A stretch of DNA of 51,340 bases from Promethearchaeota archaeon (GTDB lineage: Archaea > Asgardarchaeota > Lokiarchaeia > Sigyniarchaeales > SOKP01): positions 1 to 51,340 of the forward strand of contig JAEOSD010000002.1 of the NCBI GenBank assembly GCA_016840545.1, given 5' to 3'. The position numbers and the translations under genes are program-made. Of this stretch, positions 29,090 to 37,994 are shown piece after piece. Positions within the stretch are counted from its first letter, which is position 1; every line of letters starts with the position of its first letter. Under the pieces are notes generated by a model that was not told the DNA's origin, did not search any database, and saw nothing but the letters and a program-made list of their open reading frames with translations.

Positions 29090-30034
29090 TTAATCTGTTT
29101 TAGTATTATCCATTTTTTTAAGGTTTTTCCAGATATATCGTGCAAATGGGATCGCGGATAAGACCATTATTATTAATAAACTAATTTGAAAGATTAGCAT
29201 TGTCCATGTTGTTAACCAACTATGAGAATTAGTCCATTTTATGGCACTAACGGGATTGATAGAATATGATATTAATACTGCAAAGCTGGATACTCCATAC
29301 ATTAGAAAAAAAGTGAAGCACACTAAGAACCGTGTTATTCTTTCCCCCATGTAGGGTTTTGTTTCATGTAAACCTAAACCTTCATGTCTTGCTCTCATAT
29401 ATTCATAAATAAAAATTAGTAAGATGTTTGTCCAAACCATCCATCTAAAATCAAGGTATGAACCATTAACTGGTAAAATCATAAAGCTAGTAGGAATAAA
29501 ACATACCAGTAATAATGTATCACTGATCCTGTCAATCACATTATCAAACCAAGCACCAGATTTAGACTTTATATCCAATAACCTAGCTATTGAACCATCA
29601 ATTCCATCGATAATTCCAGTAAATAGTACAAAAAAAGCAAGGGGAATAAACCAGGACCCATAGAAAGGTTGCTGAGAAAGAAGGTCAAGATTATGTCCTT
29701 TACCAAGCATTATTATGGCGTAAAATATGAGAAATGAGAAAATTAAATTCATTATAGAAACTTTATTTGGACTTAATCCCAATTTGATAAACATTTTTGC
29801 TCCTTTGTACGTAATAGGCATATACATTTTCCCAGCTATGTCGCCTTTCATTTGTTCAAATTGTTCATCTAATTTATGAGCTTGTCCGTGATCACCTAGC
29901 CAATCTTTTATAAACTCATGAAACGTCATAAATTGTCGTTCAGGTTTCTTCTTAATTATTCCGCTAATGAAAATTATTAAAAGAAGGCCAAGCAAAACTA
30001 ATGGAAATACTATTTCAAATAATATATCTAGCAT
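29090..30034 (-). CDS. CDP-alcohol phosphatidyltransferase family protein
   Basis: IDGIDGSIARLLDIKSKSGAWFDNVIDRISD matches DGx2ARx8Gx3Dx3D. Polytopic membrane protein. Confidence 0.85.
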   Translation of the reverse strand: MLDILFEIVFPLVLLGLLLIIFISGIIKKKPERQFMTFHEFIKDWLGDHGQAHKLDEQFEQMKGDIAGKMYMPITYKGAKMFIKLGLSPNKVSIMNLIFSFLIFYAIIMLGKGHNLDLLSQQPFYGSWFIPLAFFVLFTGIIDGIDGSIARLLDIKSKSGAWFDNVIDRISDTLLLVCFIPTSFMILPVNGSYLDFRWMVWTNILLIFIYEYMRARHEGLGLHETKPYMGERITRFLVCFTFFLMYGVSSFAVLISYSINPVSAIKWTNSHSWLTTWTMLIFQISLLIIMVLSAIPFARYIWKNLKKMDNTKTD

Positions 30035-30309
30035 AAGATCAGCCTATATTGGTTAAATTACTTTTGTTTTTGATAAATTCTTGAATTGGTAATTTAACTA
30101 TATATTTAAGTTGTATTTAAGTTTATGCATCTAACTAATTGCAGAATTAAAGATTAATTGTGTCTCTATGTTTAATATTTACTTAAAGATGTGATAGACT
30201 CTTGAAATTCCACTAGTTTAATAAGTTTTAATAAAAATAAATAAAAATCTTTATGTAGAGCTATTATATATAATTTTTATTGGACTTGAGATAATTTGTA
30301 ATAATTATC

Positions 30310-30825
30310 ATGTATGACGCAATTTTCAAAATTGTCATTTTTGGAGATGCGGGTAGTGGTAAGACTGCCTTAACGAAGAGATTCATAACGAATTCATTTA
30401 TATCAGATACTCAAATGACGATTGGTGTAGATTTTGTAGTAAAAACAATCTATATTGATGATAAAGAGGTAAAATTACAGATTTGGGATTTTGGTGGCGA
30501 GGAGAGATTTAGATTTCTCCTTCCAAAATATATTCGAGGCGCTAGCGGTGGAATATTGATGTATGATATTACAGACTATCCTTCTCTTTTTCATATTGAC
30601 GATTGGCTTTCAGTCATACAAGAGACAGGAGAAGTGTTTCCCATTATTCTTGTTGGAGGAAAATGCGACTTAGAAGAATATCGTCAAATATCATCTGAAG
30701 AAGGATTAGAATCTGCTAAATCAAATGAATTAGACGATTTTATTGAATGCTCCAGTAAAACTGGTGAAAATGTTGAAAAAGTATTCGAGATTTTAGCAAG
30801 AATATTATATAAGAAATTTATTTAG
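30310..30825 (+). CDS. Ras-superfamily small GTPase, Rab-like (paralogue 2)
   Basis: GDAGSGKT, TIGVDF, WDFGGEERF, GGKCDL, ECSSKTGENV. Roughly 60% identical by eye to the product of 6723..7247. Confidence 0.85.
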   Translation: MYDAIFKIVIFGDAGSGKTALTKRFITNSFISDTQMTIGVDFVVKTIYIDDKEVKLQIWDFGGEERFRFLLPKYIRGASGGILMYDITDYPSLFHIDDWLSVIQETGEVFPIILVGGKCDLEEYRQISSEEGLESAKSNELDDFIECSSKTGENVEKVFEILARILYKKFI

Positions 30826-30854
30826 GATTATTATTAGAAAAGTTTCAATCTAAA

Positions 30855-31199
30855 TTATTTGTTCTTTGCTTTAATCATTATCAACATCATTTTAAATCTT
30901 TCAAGAGCCTTTAATGCATGGGGTTCGTTTGCTGGCATAATAATCATTTGACCTTTACTAAGGATATATTCTTTTTTAGATATTGTGATTTTTACTTTTC
31001 CATCAATTACATTAACCAATGCATCAAACGGAGTTGTGTGTTCGCTTAGGCCTTCATCTTTATCGAAGGAAAATAGAGTCACCATTCCTTGATCTTTATC
31101 TATCAGAGTTCTACTTACTACAGAACCCTTTTGATAATCTAACATATCATTTAAATTATAAATCTCTACAATATCTTTTATTCGGACCTCATTAGACAA
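30855..31199 (-). CDS. cupin-domain protein
   Basis: 114 aa with GLSEHTTPFDALVNVIDGKVKI and GQMIIMPANEPHALKA (cupin motifs 1 and 2). Confidence 0.75.
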   Translation of the reverse strand: MSNEVRIKDIVEIYNLNDMLDYQKGSVVSRTLIDKDQGMVTLFSFDKDEGLSEHTTPFDALVNVIDGKVKITISKKEYILSKGQMIIMPANEPHALKALERFKMMLIMIKAKNK

Positions 31200-31497
31200 A
31201 AATTTCTCACTTTTTTATAATTTATTTGTTTTGAATTTAATAAGTGTGAAACTGATATAAAGATAAATGCGAACATGTTATTTTCAAAATGCAAATATAT
31301 ATAACTATTTATCATCTTAATTAATTTAAAAAATCCGTTGAAAGCTAATATTGGTGATTTAAATACCAAATTATTGTACATATTGCGGGAATCCCTTACA
31401 ATCTAGCTGGAAAGTCTGTCCAATCTGCGGTAAATCAATTTATATTCCAGCTAGTCCTATAACTACCACAGAAATAAGTTCCAAATCAATTACTAGT

Positions 31498-32283
31498 ATG
31501 GAAGAACCATCTGTTTCAATGAGAAAGGAGAAAAAACACGTTTCAAAAAAAAAAGTTAAGATAATTGTTATTGCGGCATGTATTATAGTAGCTGCAATTG
31601 TTATTCCTGTAACTGTGTTTTTTACAACTAATTGTTATAGAACTATTAATTATTATGTGTCTCATGGTCACATTTCGAAATCTTATACCTGTATATTTCC
31701 GCGTTCCACCTATAATTATTATGCAAATCAACCTCATCCTCGTCATGATTTATATTCTGATTGGGATGATATTGCTTTAACTTTTGCTTCCTATTGTACT
31801 CCAGATGAGAACGAGATATTAAAAATTGCTCAAGCAGTTAAATCTCAATGCATAAACCAAAGCAATGATGAAGAAGTTATAAATGCACTGCTAAGTTTTA
31901 CACAAGGGATAACTTATAAAAGTGAAATAGTAGATAGAGCCCAGTATCCTCTCGAAACTTTGATGGATAAAGGTGATTGTGAAGATTTATCAATATTTTT
32001 TGGCTCAATTGTAGAAAGTTTAGGCTATGAGGCAGTTATCTTATGTGTACTTGTGTATGATCCATTAGAAGCTGAATGGTTTGGGCATGCCTGTGTAGGA
32101 GTGCACTTAAATTCTACTCCAAGTCAACATCCAGATTATCCTCCCAGCACCTATTTTGATGCGGCCGAAGATACTAATCAATATTGGTTATGCGAAACCA
32201 CAGATCAAGGATGGATGGTTGGACAATTACCAGCCTCAGATCCTTCGTATTTTAATATTGTAGGTTATGCGTTTGTCAATTAA
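31498..32283 (+). CDS. membrane-anchored transglutaminase-like cysteine peptidase-fold protein
   Basis: N-terminal TM (IIVIAACIIVAAIVIPVTVFF). Candidate Cys-His-Asp triad in KGDCEDLSIFFGSIVESLGY, WFGHACVGVH and CETTDQGW. A zinc-ribbon-like segment lies just upstream (see findings). Confidence 0.65.
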   Translation: MEEPSVSMRKEKKHVSKKKVKIIVIAACIIVAAIVIPVTVFFTTNCYRTINYYVSHGHISKSYTCIFPRSTYNYYANQPHPRHDLYSDWDDIALTFASYCTPDENEILKIAQAVKSQCINQSNDEEVINALLSFTQGITYKSEIVDRAQYPLETLMDKGDCEDLSIFFGSIVESLGYEAVILCVLVYDPLEAEWFGHACVGVHLNSTPSQHPDYPPSTYFDAAEDTNQYWLCETTDQGWMVGQLPASDPSYFNIVGYAFVN

Positions 32284-32369
32284 TTTATATCTTCTTTTTC
32301 TAAAAAATAAAATCTATGTACAATAGGCTCTATATTTTTTCATCATTTTCCCCCTAATTTAATTTAAAA

Positions 32370-32885
32370 TTATTCTAAGTTAACTATAATATCTCCGGAA
32401 CAATTTTCTTGGGAATATAGCAGACATTTTGTAATTTTAGGCTTAATCTCATACTTAATTCCTAAAGCATCTAACCAGCAACACACGCGAAAAATTACCC
32501 CACATTCATAATTATCTTTAACTCCAATCATTTTCATACCTTCAAAAGCAAAGCATTTATTCATTTGCCAATGCATACGACCTTCTTCAAGGAAAGTATA
32601 ATTAAATCTCATAAACTCGCCTTTTAATACACTAAAAGCATCATCAATGAATTGTTTGAGCTGTTCGAAATTTTTTATTTTTATATTTTCCATCCCCGAA
32701 GCTTTCATAACTCTTTGGACTTCAAGTACTGAAAGATTTCTTATTGCACCTTTATTTAATTTATTAGCCATATCAATGCCAAGTTCCTTCACAGAATTGT
32801 AAAACCATGACCCATCATGAGTCATCCAACATTTAACAAGAAGCTCTCTTAATTCATGTTTATTAAGTTGATTAAATAATGTCAT
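32370..32885 (-). CDS. conserved-looking hypothetical cytosolic protein (Cys/Trp-rich)
   Basis: 171 aa with LLVKCWMTHDGSWFYNSV and several C-terminal Cys residues. I cannot place the family with confidence. Confidence 0.5.
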   Translation of the reverse strand: MTLFNQLNKHELRELLVKCWMTHDGSWFYNSVKELGIDMANKLNKGAIRNLSVLEVQRVMKASGMENIKIKNFEQLKQFIDDAFSVLKGEFMRFNYTFLEEGRMHWQMNKCFAFEGMKMIGVKDNYECGVIFRVCCWLDALGIKYEIKPKITKCLLYSQENCSGDIIVNLE

Positions 32886-32942
32886 AATAATCGTCTTATT
32901 TAACTTTTATTCATATAGCTTGAAGATCTCATTAAATATAAT

Positions 32943-33383
32943 TTATTTAAAAAAACCTTCATCATCCAATTTATCGTTGCATAATTTATCACACTTTTGG
33001 ATGAATTGATTATTTCTTTTTATGTAGAAAAACTCAACTTTTTCATATTTCTCACTAAGTTGATAAACTTTATTACATAATTTTAACAAATGTGGGTAAT
33101 TGATTTTCCACTTCTTATTAATTTGTTGGATTGCTAAGTTACTATCAGAAAAAATTTGCAGATGCCCTTTATGAAAGCTTTCGACAGCTATTAGAGCATT
33201 TATTATAGCTTGATATTCTGCGTGATTGTTTGTAGCTTCTCCAATATAACTAACACCATGATGGATTATTATATTGTCATGTACAAAGAGGAAAGCACAA
33301 GCAGCTGGACCAGGATTACCACGTGCGGCACCATCCGTAAAAATTTTTAGAGTTTCTCCTTTTTTAATCAAAACTTTACTCAT
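32943..33383 (-). CDS. rnhA: ribonuclease HI (type 1 RNase H)
   Basis: IFTDGAARGNPGPAA (Asp), ATNNHAEYQAIINAL (Glu) and IFSDSNLAIQQI (Asp). Confidence 0.85.
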   Translation of the reverse strand: MSKVLIKKGETLKIFTDGAARGNPGPAACAFLFVHDNIIIHHGVSYIGEATNNHAEYQAIINALIAVESFHKGHLQIFSDSNLAIQQINKKWKINYPHLLKLCNKVYQLSEKYEKVEFFYIKRNNQFIQKCDKLCNDKLDDEGFFK

Positions 33384-33436
33384 AATGTATTTTAAGATTT
33401 CAAGTTAATTTGAAATTATTAATTTTAATAATTAAT

Positions 33437-34006
33437 CTATATTGGCGTAAATAATAATTTTGTTTCTTCTCTCTCTGATTCATATTCATATAAATCATAC
33501 CAATCCCATATTTCAAGAGCAAAATCTATAAAAGCATGACCCTTGGCGGTTAAAATGTTATCGACGCGTATTATTCTTGTATCAACATAATTTTCTCTTG
33601 GAAAAGGGTCTATTTCATTTCTTTCTTCATACAATTTTGGTTCTTCTGAAGTTGTATACTTTATTCCATTGAGAAGGCCCATTTTAGCCAAGAATTCGGG
33701 TCCAGCACAAATAGCTGCGATTAACTTATTTTCATTATTCAATTTTTCAATTAATTGTTCCAATTCTGGCTTTAATATTCTTTCAACTCCTCCTGGAATT
33801 ATAATTCCTTCTATGTCGTTCAATTCTAAAGCTTCGGAAACTGTTTGATCGGGTATTACAGTTAGACCAGAAATGCTTTTTACAGTTGATTTCTCATACC
33901 CAATATAGATTACTTCATAGTTTTCAGTTTCAGCTAAACCAGAACAAATACAAGTAATTTCAAAATCTGCAAATGTGTCGTAAACGAAACATAAAATCTT
34001 TTTCAT
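33437..34006 (-). CDS. DJ-1/PfpI family protein
   Basis: The nucleophile-elbow Cys in LIAAICAGPEFLAKMGLL. About 190 aa with a flavodoxin-like pattern. Confidence 0.8.
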   Translation of the reverse strand: MKKILCFVYDTFADFEITCICSGLAETENYEVIYIGYEKSTVKSISGLTVIPDQTVSEALELNDIEGIIIPGGVERILKPELEQLIEKLNNENKLIAAICAGPEFLAKMGLLNGIKYTTSEEPKLYEERNEIDPFPRENYVDTRIIRVDNILTAKGHAFIDFALEIWDWYDLYEYESEREETKLLFTPI

Positions 34007-34048
34007 AGACTCAAAAATGAAGTGTTTAATAAAAGGATACTTATTAAA

Positions 34049-36409
34049 CTAGATTGTAGCATGTTCTGTTCTTCTGATAATCTCATCTTGCAAATCTGCC
34101 CCTAAATTAATGAAATAATCACTATATCCTGCAACTCGTACGATTAAATCTCCATATTTTTCTGGATGTTTCTGTGCTGCACGTAAGGTATCTGCTGATA
34201 CAACATTAAATTGGATATGATGCCCATTCATTTCGAAATATGCTCTAATTAAGTGAGCTAATTGATTAATTCTATTCTGGTCAGAAAAGAAATGCGGACT
34301 ATATTTTTGGTTCAATAAAGATCCTCCTGTTCTTAAATGATCAATTTTACTAGCAGATTTAATTACTGCAGTTGGACCATTGGTGTCCATACCCTGAACT
34401 GGGGAAATACCCTCTGATAAAGGTGTATAAGCCCTACGACCATCTGGTGTGGCACCTGTCACTTGACCAAAATAAATATGAACCGTTGTAGGAAGAAGAT
34501 TGATACGATGCACTCCTCCTCTAGTATTAGGACGATTATTAATAGCATCATACACAATGTTAAAAACTTGAGTAGTTAATGAATCAGCATAATCATTATC
34601 ATTTCCATATTTAGGAGTTTTATAGATTAGCATCTGACGGATAAAGTCATATCCCTCAAAATTATTATCTAAGCTTTTTAGTAATTGTTCCATGGATATA
34701 TTTTTTGTATCAAATACATTATACTTAAAAGAAGCCAAACAATCCGTAATACTACCCATTCCTACAACTTGAATGTATGATGTGTTATATCTAGCTCCAC
34801 CATTATTGTAATCCTTCCCATTCTTAATGCAATCATCGATCAATATCGAGAGGAAAGGTGCCGGACTTTGTGCCCATATTCGTTCAATTATCTGATTTCC
34901 CTTAATCTTAATATCTACAAAATGCTTAATTTGTGCATTATAAGCTTTGAAGAGATCCTCAAAAGTTTCAAACGATATTGGATCACCGGTTTTCAATCCA
35001 ATCTGTTTCTTAGTTATCGGATCAAAACCATTATGAAGCGTTATTTCAAGTATTTTTACTAAGTTGAAATATCCTGTTAGAATGTATGCTTCTTTCCCAA
35101 AAGCACCAGATTCAACACAGCCACTTGCTCCACCATTTCGAGCATCTATCAGGGATTTACCCTGTTTAGTTAATTCTTGAATTATTGCATCTGCATTGAA
35201 AACTGAAGGCTGCCCAAAACCAGTTTTAATAATTTCAAGCGCTCTATTTAAAAATTCATCTGGAGTTTTATTAGTTATCTGAACATTACTACTTGGTTGA
35301 ACTATCCTCATTTCTTCAATTATATCTAAAAGTATATAAGACATTTCATTAACTCCATCAGAACCATCTTCCCTAAGACCACCGATGTTAATATTGCAAA
35401 AATCAGTATATGTATTGCTTTCTTCTGCTGTTACTCCAACTTTGGGTGGAGCAGGTTGATTATTGAATTTCACCCAAAAAGCTTGAAGTAATTCATAAAT
35501 ATCTTCCTTTGTCAATACACCATTAGCTACATCTTTTTTGTAGAACGGAAATAGGTGCTGATCCAAGCGTCCGGGATTGAAAGAATCCCACGTATTATAT
35601 TCTGTTATTACACCTAAATGAATAAACCAATAATGTTGGAGTGCCTCCCAAAATGTTCTTGGAGCATATGCTGGGACATAGGAACATATATCTGCTATCT
35701 TCTGTAACTCTTTTTTTCTAATTTCATTTGACTCAATTGTAGCCCGTCGTCTGGCTTCTTGCGCATGGCGTTGTGCAAAACTGATTATTGCATCCGCAGC
35801 GATATCCATTGCTTTTAGCTGCTCTCTTTTATTAAAAGCATCTGGATCATTGAAAAAATCTAATTTTTCTATATTATCTTTTATTTCTTGTTTAAAATCA
35901 ACAAATCCCTTTTTCCATATATTTTTTCCTCCAACTGTATGTCCTGGTGCTCTCTGTTCCATAAACTCCGTGAAAATGCCAGCTTCATAGGAATCAATCC
36001 ATGCATTATCAACTTGAGAGAAGATTTTATCACGAATAGATCTTCCTTTCCAAAAGGGAATGATTGTTTCTTCTGTTTTTTGCCTTGTATCTTCAGAAAC
36101 TTTGAATGAAATTTTATCTCGAGTATTTAGAATGTCTAAATCTTGTAAGCTATGACAACATACTTCTGGATAAGTAGGCGTTGCTTTTGGTTCTGGACCG
36201 CGTTCACCAACAATTAATTCACCCTCATTGATACAGATTTTTTTGTTTTCCATTAAATACTTGAATGCCATTGCTCTTGCAACTGGAGCTGAAAATTTAT
36301 GAGCTGCACCAGTTTTATAAAATTCGGTGATTAATAGAGCGCGTTCCAATGAAATAGAAGGGATTGTATTTCGGCTTTGAGCCCGTAATTTTTTAATTCG
36401 TTCATTCAT
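34049..36409 (-). CDS. glycyl radical enzyme, PFL2/dehydratase-lyase class (GCVE type)
   Basis: C-terminal glycyl-radical motif LIVRVAGYSDYF. Thiyl loop GGASGCVESG has a single Cys plus Glu, unlike the CC of true PFL. The 786-aa size is typical. Confidence 0.9.
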   Translation of the reverse strand: MNERIKKLRAQSRNTIPSISLERALLITEFYKTGAAHKFSAPVARAMAFKYLMENKKICINEGELIVGERGPEPKATPTYPEVCCHSLQDLDILNTRDKISFKVSEDTRQKTEETIIPFWKGRSIRDKIFSQVDNAWIDSYEAGIFTEFMEQRAPGHTVGGKNIWKKGFVDFKQEIKDNIEKLDFFNDPDAFNKREQLKAMDIAADAIISFAQRHAQEARRRATIESNEIRKKELQKIADICSYVPAYAPRTFWEALQHYWFIHLGVITEYNTWDSFNPGRLDQHLFPFYKKDVANGVLTKEDIYELLQAFWVKFNNQPAPPKVGVTAEESNTYTDFCNINIGGLREDGSDGVNEMSYILLDIIEEMRIVQPSSNVQITNKTPDEFLNRALEIIKTGFGQPSVFNADAIIQELTKQGKSLIDARNGGASGCVESGAFGKEAYILTGYFNLVKILEITLHNGFDPITKKQIGLKTGDPISFETFEDLFKAYNAQIKHFVDIKIKGNQIIERIWAQSPAPFLSILIDDCIKNGKDYNNGGARYNTSYIQVVGMGSITDCLASFKYNVFDTKNISMEQLLKSLDNNFEGYDFIRQMLIYKTPKYGNDNDYADSLTTQVFNIVYDAINNRPNTRGGVHRINLLPTTVHIYFGQVTGATPDGRRAYTPLSEGISPVQGMDTNGPTAVIKSASKIDHLRTGGSLLNQKYSPHFFSDQNRINQLAHLIRAYFEMNGHHIQFNVVSADTLRAAQKHPEKYGDLIVRVAGYSDYFINLGADLQDEIIRRTEHATI

Positions 36410-36563
36410 TTTTTAAACCTCCTATTGACTCCTTAAAACCAAAGGATTCACATTCCAAATACGTATTTCTCAATTAATTTTAAATGATTCAAGCTCTTCA
36501 ATTATAAACTTGCTATAATAAAATTATTAATATTAGTGTAAAAAACTTTTATGATTTGATGAT

Positions 36564-36782
36564 TTACCATGCAGAATGATTTAAAATTGCGTTAGTAGGA
36601 CAAACATCTTGGCATGCCATACAATCAGTACACTGAGCAATATTATTCGCCACAACTTTGCCATCTACAAGTTCATATACTTCAGCAGGACATACATCTA
36701 CGCATTCTGCAACACCTACGCATAGATCTAAATCAATCTCTACCCAATGATCGTTATCTTCCCATTTCTTTATATTAACCAT
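36564..36782 (-). CDS. 2x[4Fe-4S] ferredoxin
   Basis: 72 aa with CVGVAECVDVCP and CTDCMACQDVCP. Confidence 0.85.
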   Translation of the reverse strand: MVNIKKWEDNDHWVEIDLDLCVGVAECVDVCPAEVYELVDGKVVANNIAQCTDCMACQDVCPTNAILNHSAW

Positions 36783-36906
36783 TTTTATCCAAATCTCGAA
36801 GAGAATTCTAATAATTCTTTTATATATTAAATAAATAGAACGAAAATTATAAGTATCTGGTTAATATTTTATTTGGAAAATAAGGAAATATATTTAGAAA
36901 AAATAA

Positions 36907-37896
36907 CTAGAAATCTATATCTTGTCCAATTCCTTTTTCTAGTGCTCTATCATACACGAGTTTTCCAACAGCCACATCTTGAGCACTGATTCCAACAGAT
37001 TTAAATACGGTAATTTCTGAATCTGAAGTTCTTCCCGGCTTTTTTCCTGTTATAATATCTCCTATTGAAATAATATCGTTTTCAGTTATAACTCCCTCAT
37101 TTATCGGAATTAAATAGTCTCCAGCTTCAGCTAAGCATGCCTCCTTTAATCCAGCAACTCGTAAAGAAGCTCGTTTAATTATTGCTGAATCTAATTCTCG
37201 AACACCTGGAGCGTGTGCACCTATAGAAGAGATATGTGTACCCTCAACCACCTTATCTCCTGAGAATAATGGTACTGTACTTGTAGTTGCAGCAACAATA
37301 ATATCAGTATTAGATAAAAGGCCATCACCCGAATTTGTAATCTCAACATTTATTCCTAATTCACTTTCAATTTCATTTTTAAATTCTTCAGCTGTTTCTT
37401 TTTTAAGATCAAATACTTTACATTTTTCTAATTTTTGATTTAATCCCCAATAAACTCCATGTACCTGTTTTCTTGCTTGTACTCCAGCACTATATATTCC
37501 TAATGTCGTACTATCCTTTCTTGCTAAATATTTGACTGAAACTCCGGTGGCAGCTCCCGTTCGTATGGCTGTAATAAGACTTCCATCCATAATACCTACA
37601 ATATCACCAGTATTTATATCTTGGATCATAACTTTTGCTAAAACTGTGGGCATATTATATTTCTCTGGATTTTGCTTGTAGACAGATACTATTTTAGTTG
37701 CTAGAGCACTCATTTCTCCTCCAATAATGCCTGGCATTATTAATGTTAACCCTGGAGCAGGATCTGTAATTGCAATTCGTTGAGGAACAATAGCATTCCC
37801 TAAGGTTAATTGTTTATAAGCTTCCTCAACATATTTCAATGCATCTTGCATGGTGAGTAAACTCGCAACATTTTCTTTTGTTAATATTCTTACCAT
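36907..37896 (-). CDS. ornithine cyclodeaminase/mu-crystallin family NAD(P)-dependent enzyme
   Basis: Family-typical length. Rossmann motif LGIYSAGVQARKQV, TSTVPLF, and GTHISSIGAHAPGVRELD. Confidence 0.85.
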   Translation of the reverse strand: MVRILTKENVASLLTMQDALKYVEEAYKQLTLGNAIVPQRIAITDPAPGLTLIMPGIIGGEMSALATKIVSVYKQNPEKYNMPTVLAKVMIQDINTGDIVGIMDGSLITAIRTGAATGVSVKYLARKDSTTLGIYSAGVQARKQVHGVYWGLNQKLEKCKVFDLKKETAEEFKNEIESELGINVEITNSGDGLLSNTDIIVAATTSTVPLFSGDKVVEGTHISSIGAHAPGVRELDSAIIKRASLRVAGLKEACLAEAGDYLIPINEGVITENDIISIGDIITGKKPGRTSDSEITVFKSVGISAQDVAVGKLVYDRALEKGIGQDIDF

Positions 37897-37994
37897 TTTG
37901 AAAAACCAATTTGTTTTTATTAAACAGAATCTATAATCTTGATTTCATGCAGTGTGAAATTATAAAATTCAAGGGAATTTAAATCTAAACATTT

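Noticed and set aside
6723-30825. The idea that the two GTPase paralogues are terminal repeats of a 24-kb mobile island
   Set aside because: The similarity is confined to the coding sequence and is only moderate at nucleotide level. There are no flanking repeats beyond the genes and no recombinase or transposase in between. Ordinary paralogy explains the pattern better.
31178-31746. ORFs 31178..31381 (-) and 31543..31746 (-)
   Set aside because: The first spans an intergenic AT-rich spacer and overlaps the cupin start. The second is antisense to the transglutaminase-like gene. Neither has features of a real protein.
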